A stretch of DNA of 64,000 nt from Macrostomum lignano. Lineage: Eukaryota. The notes under the pieces were generated by a model that made no database searches, was not told the origin of the DNA, and saw only the letters and a program-made list of their open reading frames with translations. This document shows, one piece after another, positions 58,211-64,000 of the stretch. How positions within the stretch are numbered: the stretch's first letter is position 1; each line of letters begins with the position of its first letter. Position numbers and translations under genes: made by a program. The DNA lies in assembly GCA_002269645.1 (NCBI GenBank), contig NIVC01002668.1:1-64000 (forward strand), given 5' to 3'.

Positions 58211-59234
58211 TGAATACTTACTGAGATTTTCCGCTAGCAAAGCACAAGAAGGATAGGCAAGGGGTACAGGCTAAGTAAAGTACATGACAATATTTAATTT
58301 AATTCATTCTGCAATGTTGCTTTGACAAACAAAATCTCACCTATGCGCACTTGAGCACAATGAATCAATTAAACTTGCAGTTTGTTTGAATAGTCCCTAA
58401 TCTCACTGTACAATGTTAATATTATTTATACCTGTATCACTTAAATGTTTTAGCAATTATAAAGAATCTAGTTAATTGTTGAATAATTCGATAGCTTCAA
58501 TTACCTGGCGCTGTTTTTTTCTGCTTCGTTATATTTGGCACCGCTACTCGCTATATCTATCTGTCTGCTTGAGTTTTGCTTCAATATATTTGCCAAATTG
58601 ACTATAAATAGTTGCTTGTAAAATTGTATGTTTCCATTTTCAAATAAATCTCGCTCCTTGTGTGGTATTGTTTGTACTTTTAAATCTGAATTTGACTTTC
58701 CACCTGAATTGCAAAATGGTTATTGTTAAACTTTCAATTTAGTTTTAAAATGTACTTTAAAATGGTCTCATTGCTAGCTCATATCTGGGACTATAGAGTT
58801 TCCTATTATGCACAATGTTCAATAATAGGGAACTTTGTCTTTGTAAGCCCAACCGTGCTTACTAGGTACTTCGGTTTTAATCAGACCAGTTTGTACGAGT
58901 GCAAAGGTTCAGATAAACCTGTCACTGCTTCGTTTTGGTGTAGGCTTACAAGCTACTAGTAAATTTTATCTGTTAGCTAAACAAGCAATATATACATTTA
59001 GTACGATAAATGACAAGTAAAACTGTAAATTTTATACTAATCTTTTCGATTTGGCATTATTCAGACAGATCCTGGCTAGTAATGTTACAGATAGCAGTTC
59101 AACAGCAGCATAAACATTTCATTTTAGTCGGGGCTGTACGCTGGTACTATTGCATTTTCTAAGTCATTGAAGCCTAGGAGTAAACAGTTGAATCCTTAGT
59201 GAGAGGAGGGTGGGGCGATCGAAGACTTGCTTTT

Positions 59235-59440
59235 CACTGTCTATGGTCTAAGTGTCACTGTCTATGGCCTAATTATCACTGTCTATGGTCTAAGTGTCAC
59301 TGTCTTTGGTCTAAATGCCACTGTCTATGACTCTATGGCCTAACTGTCACTGTCTATGGCCTAATTGTCACTGTCAATGGCCTAATTGTCACTGTCTATG
59401 GCCTAATTGTCACTGTCTATGGCCTAATTGTCACTGTCTA
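59235..59440. repeat. Minisatellite, 21-bp unit tcactgtctatggcctaattg
   Basis: About 9 copies. Confidence 0.9.
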
Positions 59441-60608
59441 TTGTAATGCAGCCAATTTGAAAACTTGGGCGCACAGTTAATTTTTTCAAAGCTGTGCAAA
59501 CCTGAAATGAAAGATCTCAACAGATCAGACAAACATGGAAATGTCGTCATCAATTCCGTAGCCATTATGGCCGTTGGTGCTCCAATTTCTCGACAGCGAC
59601 TCTCCAGCCTCCGATCTACATGTAAGGCCATCTTGCTCAGATGCACCATCCTCTCACCACTTCTCCACTTCAGCCTTCGACGCTCCACTTCTCGCAACAT
59701 TCCTAAAGAAGCGATATTTCCTTCTATTGATCAGTTATTTGTTAATTCCTTTTTAATCCAGTCGTTAGTCCTCTTCTGTTTCCAGAAAATGCTCAGGCTT
59801 TCATCCTGTAGGCCTTCATCTCGAAAGCTATCAGTCGCTTTTCATCTTCTCCATTGTCTATCTCTTATTGTTGTCAGCAAATACATGTACAAGTAAAATA
59901 TGCTGTAGAAAGGATTAACTGGGCGCAAATTCTAAAAATGGCTGCCCTACAGAACTTTTTGGCTTTTAGGCAATAAGGGCATGTCTTTGATGGCTTGATT
60001 CATTCAGATTCAACCACTGATAATTAAACTGCTTGTTTATAGTAAGGCTCGATCCATTGTTTAATAAAATGCTACTTTATATTATGTACGATCGTCGATA
60101 CGACAGCAGATACGTCTAGGGGCGAGCTCACTTCTAAATTTAGATTCGCAAATTATGACTTAAAGTACCGGGTGCTACAATACACTATAGCTAGAATGTA
60201 CCTTAGTATACGCTATACGCAAGCAGCTATATGAATACGAATACCTAGTCAATCTAGGTAGAACCTCATTTTCTACACTGCTACACTACGGCAGACAGAT
60301 GCCTTTTTGACACAAACCAAGCAACTTCAGTCCGTAGTGCAAGCGTTACTCAAAACTATAATAAGCTCGTATTTTATACAGTTAAATGCATGTACATGTG
60401 TTGTAGGTTTTGCCAGACGGCTCTAAAATATATTTTGGAGTCAGGGACGCAAGGCACAGCAGGAAGCCAACTCGTTTGTCACGTGTGTGTATTAGCGATA
60501 AAGAGCTTACATTTATAAGTTAATGGCAGCGAGAGATAAGCGAACCACACACGCCTTGACTAACTGAGAATCCTTGCAGAGTAACCTGAATTAACCCCCA
60601 CAGACAGC

Positions 60609-63600
60609 ATGCTATTGTTGGATTTCAGCGAACTGCTTGAGAAGAAGCTGAGCGGAGAGCGATGGAGTGAAGAGGACGTGAAGCTGCTTGTGCGGCTGGT
60701 GAGCTCAGGCCGGCTGTCCGGACAGCAAATCGGAGCAGTGCTCATGCTCATCTTCACCAAAGGCATGGACGCGGAGGAGATTGTTCAACTCACCTCGGCC
60801 ATGACTGCTTCGGGGGAGACTCTGTCCTGGCCTGACAGCCTGAGACCATTGGTGCGTTTTCTGTCGGACGTGCTGACCCTGAACTACTCGAGTGTATGCA
60901 AAGCACTGCAGTCCAAAAGCTCAATTGCGCTTTCTGTTATTTATGGTAGCTACATGTACTCCTCATATTCATTCTTGTTCACCAAATGCGGAATACGCTT
61001 GTAAAACAAAACGATAGGACGATGGGAACGATAGGGACGATTGTAAAATTGATATAAAATTAAAATATTTCTTTTAAACTTAGGGGTTCCGTTCCGGTGA
61101 TTTTGAATGGACATGAATTATGACTATAGAGTTACATTATTTTTACTCCGCTAACACACTGCCTGCCAATTTGAATGCCCCGGCAGGTGGTGGACAAGCA
61201 CAGCACCGGAGGCGTCGGCGACATGGTCAGCCCGCCGATGGTGGCATCACTGACCGCCCTCGGCCTCAAGCTGCCGATGATCTCCGGCCGGTCGCTCGGC
61301 CATACTGGTGGCACCATCGACAAGATGGAGTCGATTCCCGGCTTCAACGCCAGCCTGACAGCCGAGCAGATGCGCGGCGCCGTCATGTCGGACGTTGGTG
61401 GCTTCATCGCCGGCCAGACCGAGGCGATGGTGCCCGCCGACCGCGTGCTGTACGCGGCCAGGTCGGAGACCGCCACCATCCGGTCCGTGCCGCTCATCAC
61501 CAGCTCAATCCTGAGCAAGAAGGCCGCCGAGGGCATCTCCGCCCTGGTGATGGACGTGAAGTTCGGCCGCGCCGCCTTCATGACCACTTTTGAGGAGGCT
61601 CGGATCCTGGCCGAGTCCATTGTGAGATCATATTTGCGTCAATCGTTACATGTAGTTTAGGTGAAACACGTACATGTACAATAATTGCACTGCGGATTTT
61701 GTCTCTTTCATTAGTAAGGCTGCACAAGGTCGTCAACGATTCCTCCCAAAAGGTGTGCTTTTGAGCAACGATTTTGAGTCTGTTGAAGTTCTCGTCCATT
61801 TGCAGCCTGAACGACCGATGGAAACTAATATACTTGCCAAAAAGTTAGCCTCAAATCTTTTTAACAATACGATCGTTCGACATCCGTGACGGCGCAACAA
61901 AAATTGTCAGTGGACAGACTTCCTACCCTTTGGCAGTTCACTTGTGAGCATGAACTGTTCTACACTGAAAGAACTCTCTCATCCAACTGCTTAAGGAGCA
62001 AACCGGACGCGGCTACGGCATGAAAGTGATAGTGTTCATCACCGAGATGGAGCGGCCGCTCGCCCGCTGCATCGGCAACGCCGTCGAGGTGGCCGAAGCT
62101 CTGCAGGTGCTGAATGGAGGCGACGCGGCCTCGGCCGGCCTGCGCGAGCTGGTGGCGCGCCAAAGCGGCTGCCTGCTGCGCCTGACCGGCAAAGTCGCAA
62201 CGGACGAGGCCGGTGCTGCGGCGGTGCGCAACTCTTGGAGCGACGGCTCGGCGCTGAAGGCGATGCGGCGCATCCTGGTGAACCAGGGCGTCTCCGAGGC
62301 GCTGGCCGACAAGCTGTGCGAGCGGGGCCAGTTCAGCGTGCAGGAGTACCTGAGCCGGATGGGCCGGGAGCCGCTGTCTGTTACTCAGCTGAGCAGTCCC
62401 GCTTCCGGTGAGTGCATTGTACTCAGGGGAGCTCAAATCCGCTAAGTCACTAAGTTTAGCAATTTGTCAAGAGTGATCCAGCTGCGCCTTGAGTAGTTCA
62501 TCAACAGGTTGGTGATCAGGATAACCGTAAAATATATAGTAAAAGTACAACTTAAGGACTTTTGGACCATCATTGGCCTGGAGGTTGTTGTGCGATTTCA
62601 CAGTCACGAAGGCCGGCCCCAAGGCGCAGAGAGTCTACAAAACATGCCTGATGATTAGAAAGTCAGAGCCGATGTACACCCTTAGTGAGCGTGTGTATGA
62701 ACGCGTGCTTTGTACATTATGTGCTCATGGGGTGGCGGAATGGACAGAATTGTCATGACCTATCGTTGTGGGACGATGTCGCCAAAAGGTGTAGCGCCAC
62801 CTCAAATTTATAATGGGGCCCTTCCCCTCCCCAGTGATAGATCCTGGCTACACTCTTGATGCTAAAACGAGTCACTTCATGCTCATGCACGCTCAAGGCT
62901 CCTTCAAATGAATTTTAATCACCAAAGACATTGTTTACTAAGTTCACCCCAGGAGGCCCTACATATAGTTCGTAGGATTGCCTTCGAATGAAGCCTACTA
63001 CAAGAGTTATAGGTGTTCACAAGGTGGACTTTAAAGGCAAATTAACTTGATACCACAAATGAAAGCAACATTCAGAACTCGAAGAGGCAAAAGCATTCAT
63101 GCCTTATGACGGCACACGCTCACACAGGGTGAACAGCGGCATGGGAGGCCATGACTGTGAGTCGTCGTGATTCAGGAGTAAGACGCGTTTACCGCTGAGG
63201 CACTCTGCCTCATAACCACATGCTAGGATAAATGCTACATGCTACGAATGCCCTTTGATTGCAGGTTTCGTGTCGGACATTGACGCCCTGTCTCTGGCCA
63301 AGATCTGCCATCAGCTCAGCAGGCCGGAGCGTCTCGGTGGCAAGCTGGATCATTCAACCGGACTCGAGCTGCTGGTTGTCAAGGGTGACGCTGTTAAACA
63401 GGGTACGTTTTTGTCTGAGCTAAACTGTAGTAGGAAGCTTCCAAATTTTAGACCGAGTCAGTGTAGGTAAAAATCAATTTCATTAAAGCCGCTGAATCAA
63501 TTTACGAAGAATTTTTCTAATTTTTAAAAAAAATACTTTGGGAAGTGTGAGTAAATTTTGAAATCAAGAATGTACTTTCACAATCGAGAATGTACTTTCA

Positions 63601-64000
63601 CAATCGAGAATATACTTTCACAATCGAGACTGTACTTTTTTCACAATCGAGAATGTACTTTCACAATCGATAATGTACTTTCACAATCGATAATGTACTT
63701 TTACATTCTAGAATGTACTTTCACAACAATAAATGTACCTTTAGAATCGTTAATTGTCTAAATCGTAAATCGAAAATCGTAAATAAATATATTTACTTTA
63801 ACAATCAAGATGGTACTTCTGCACGTCTTGCACTTCCCTTTATGACCAAACTCAATGAACAATTTCCTTACTGCAGGCAGCCCGTGGGTGACGGTGTACC
63901 ACAGTGACCCGCTGACTGAGCGTCAGAGACAGGGTATTGACGCGTGCCTTCAGGTAACCAAGGAGCGGCCCCAGGTGCTGTCCCTAATCCGTGAGATCTT
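60609..64000 (+). CDS. TYMP: Thymidine/pyrimidine-nucleoside phosphorylase; exons 60609-60851, 61187-61621, 61996-62407, 63265-63402, 63877 to beyond 64000
   Basis: [14 protein letters not shown]...LTSAMTASG; [11 protein letters not shown]; [24 protein letters not shown]; [26 protein letters not shown]; VMDVKFG.AAF; IGNAVEV.EAL; [10 protein letters not shown]. Junctions are phase-consistent. Confidence 0.95.

Noticed and set aside
54872-58256. Repetitive ORFs (KYPYRHN, TPDKYIM, ESAVYGSGR)
   Set aside because: Stop-free frames of minisatellites, with no splice or codon evidence.
59430-59860. Possible LINE reverse-transcriptase C-terminal relic (EVERRRLKW)
   Set aside because: A single short motif with stops; insufficient to support a call.

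Overview
Eukaryotic (animal) genomic DNA with GT-AG introns and GC-rich exons, where many introns are filled with minisatellites. The style fits an invertebrate such as the flatworm Macrostomum; this is inference only. Bases 1-14002 are the right part of a Polinton/Maverick (adintovirus-like) element. On the + strand it carries penton, a basic core protein, major capsid, cysteine protease, packaging ATPase, three small conserved ORFs and an intact, intronless TATA-binding-protein (TBP) homolog. On the - strand it carries an intact protein-primed DNA polymerase B and a Zn-finger/polyproline-repeat ORF, and it ends in the canonical ...CTACTACT terminus. The element lies about 200 bp upstream of an internal exon of a metabotropic glutamate receptor gene. 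The rest of the window holds, in order: 2.x tandem copies of a secreted fibrinogen-related gene with an unrecognised internally duplicated domain; a THAP/P-element transposase relic; a complete ISWI/SNF2H gene (- strand); MITEs; a Merlin relic; an internally deleted Ty3/Gypsy element (5-bp TSD) that carries a diverged antisense 28S rRNA fragment; a ZNF280/POGZ-like zinc-finger gene; a CORE-type SINE; and the 5' five exons of a thymidine phosphorylase gene. No CRISPR array, tRNA gene or intact rRNA gene was found. All family assignments come from motif recognition by eye, not from database searches.
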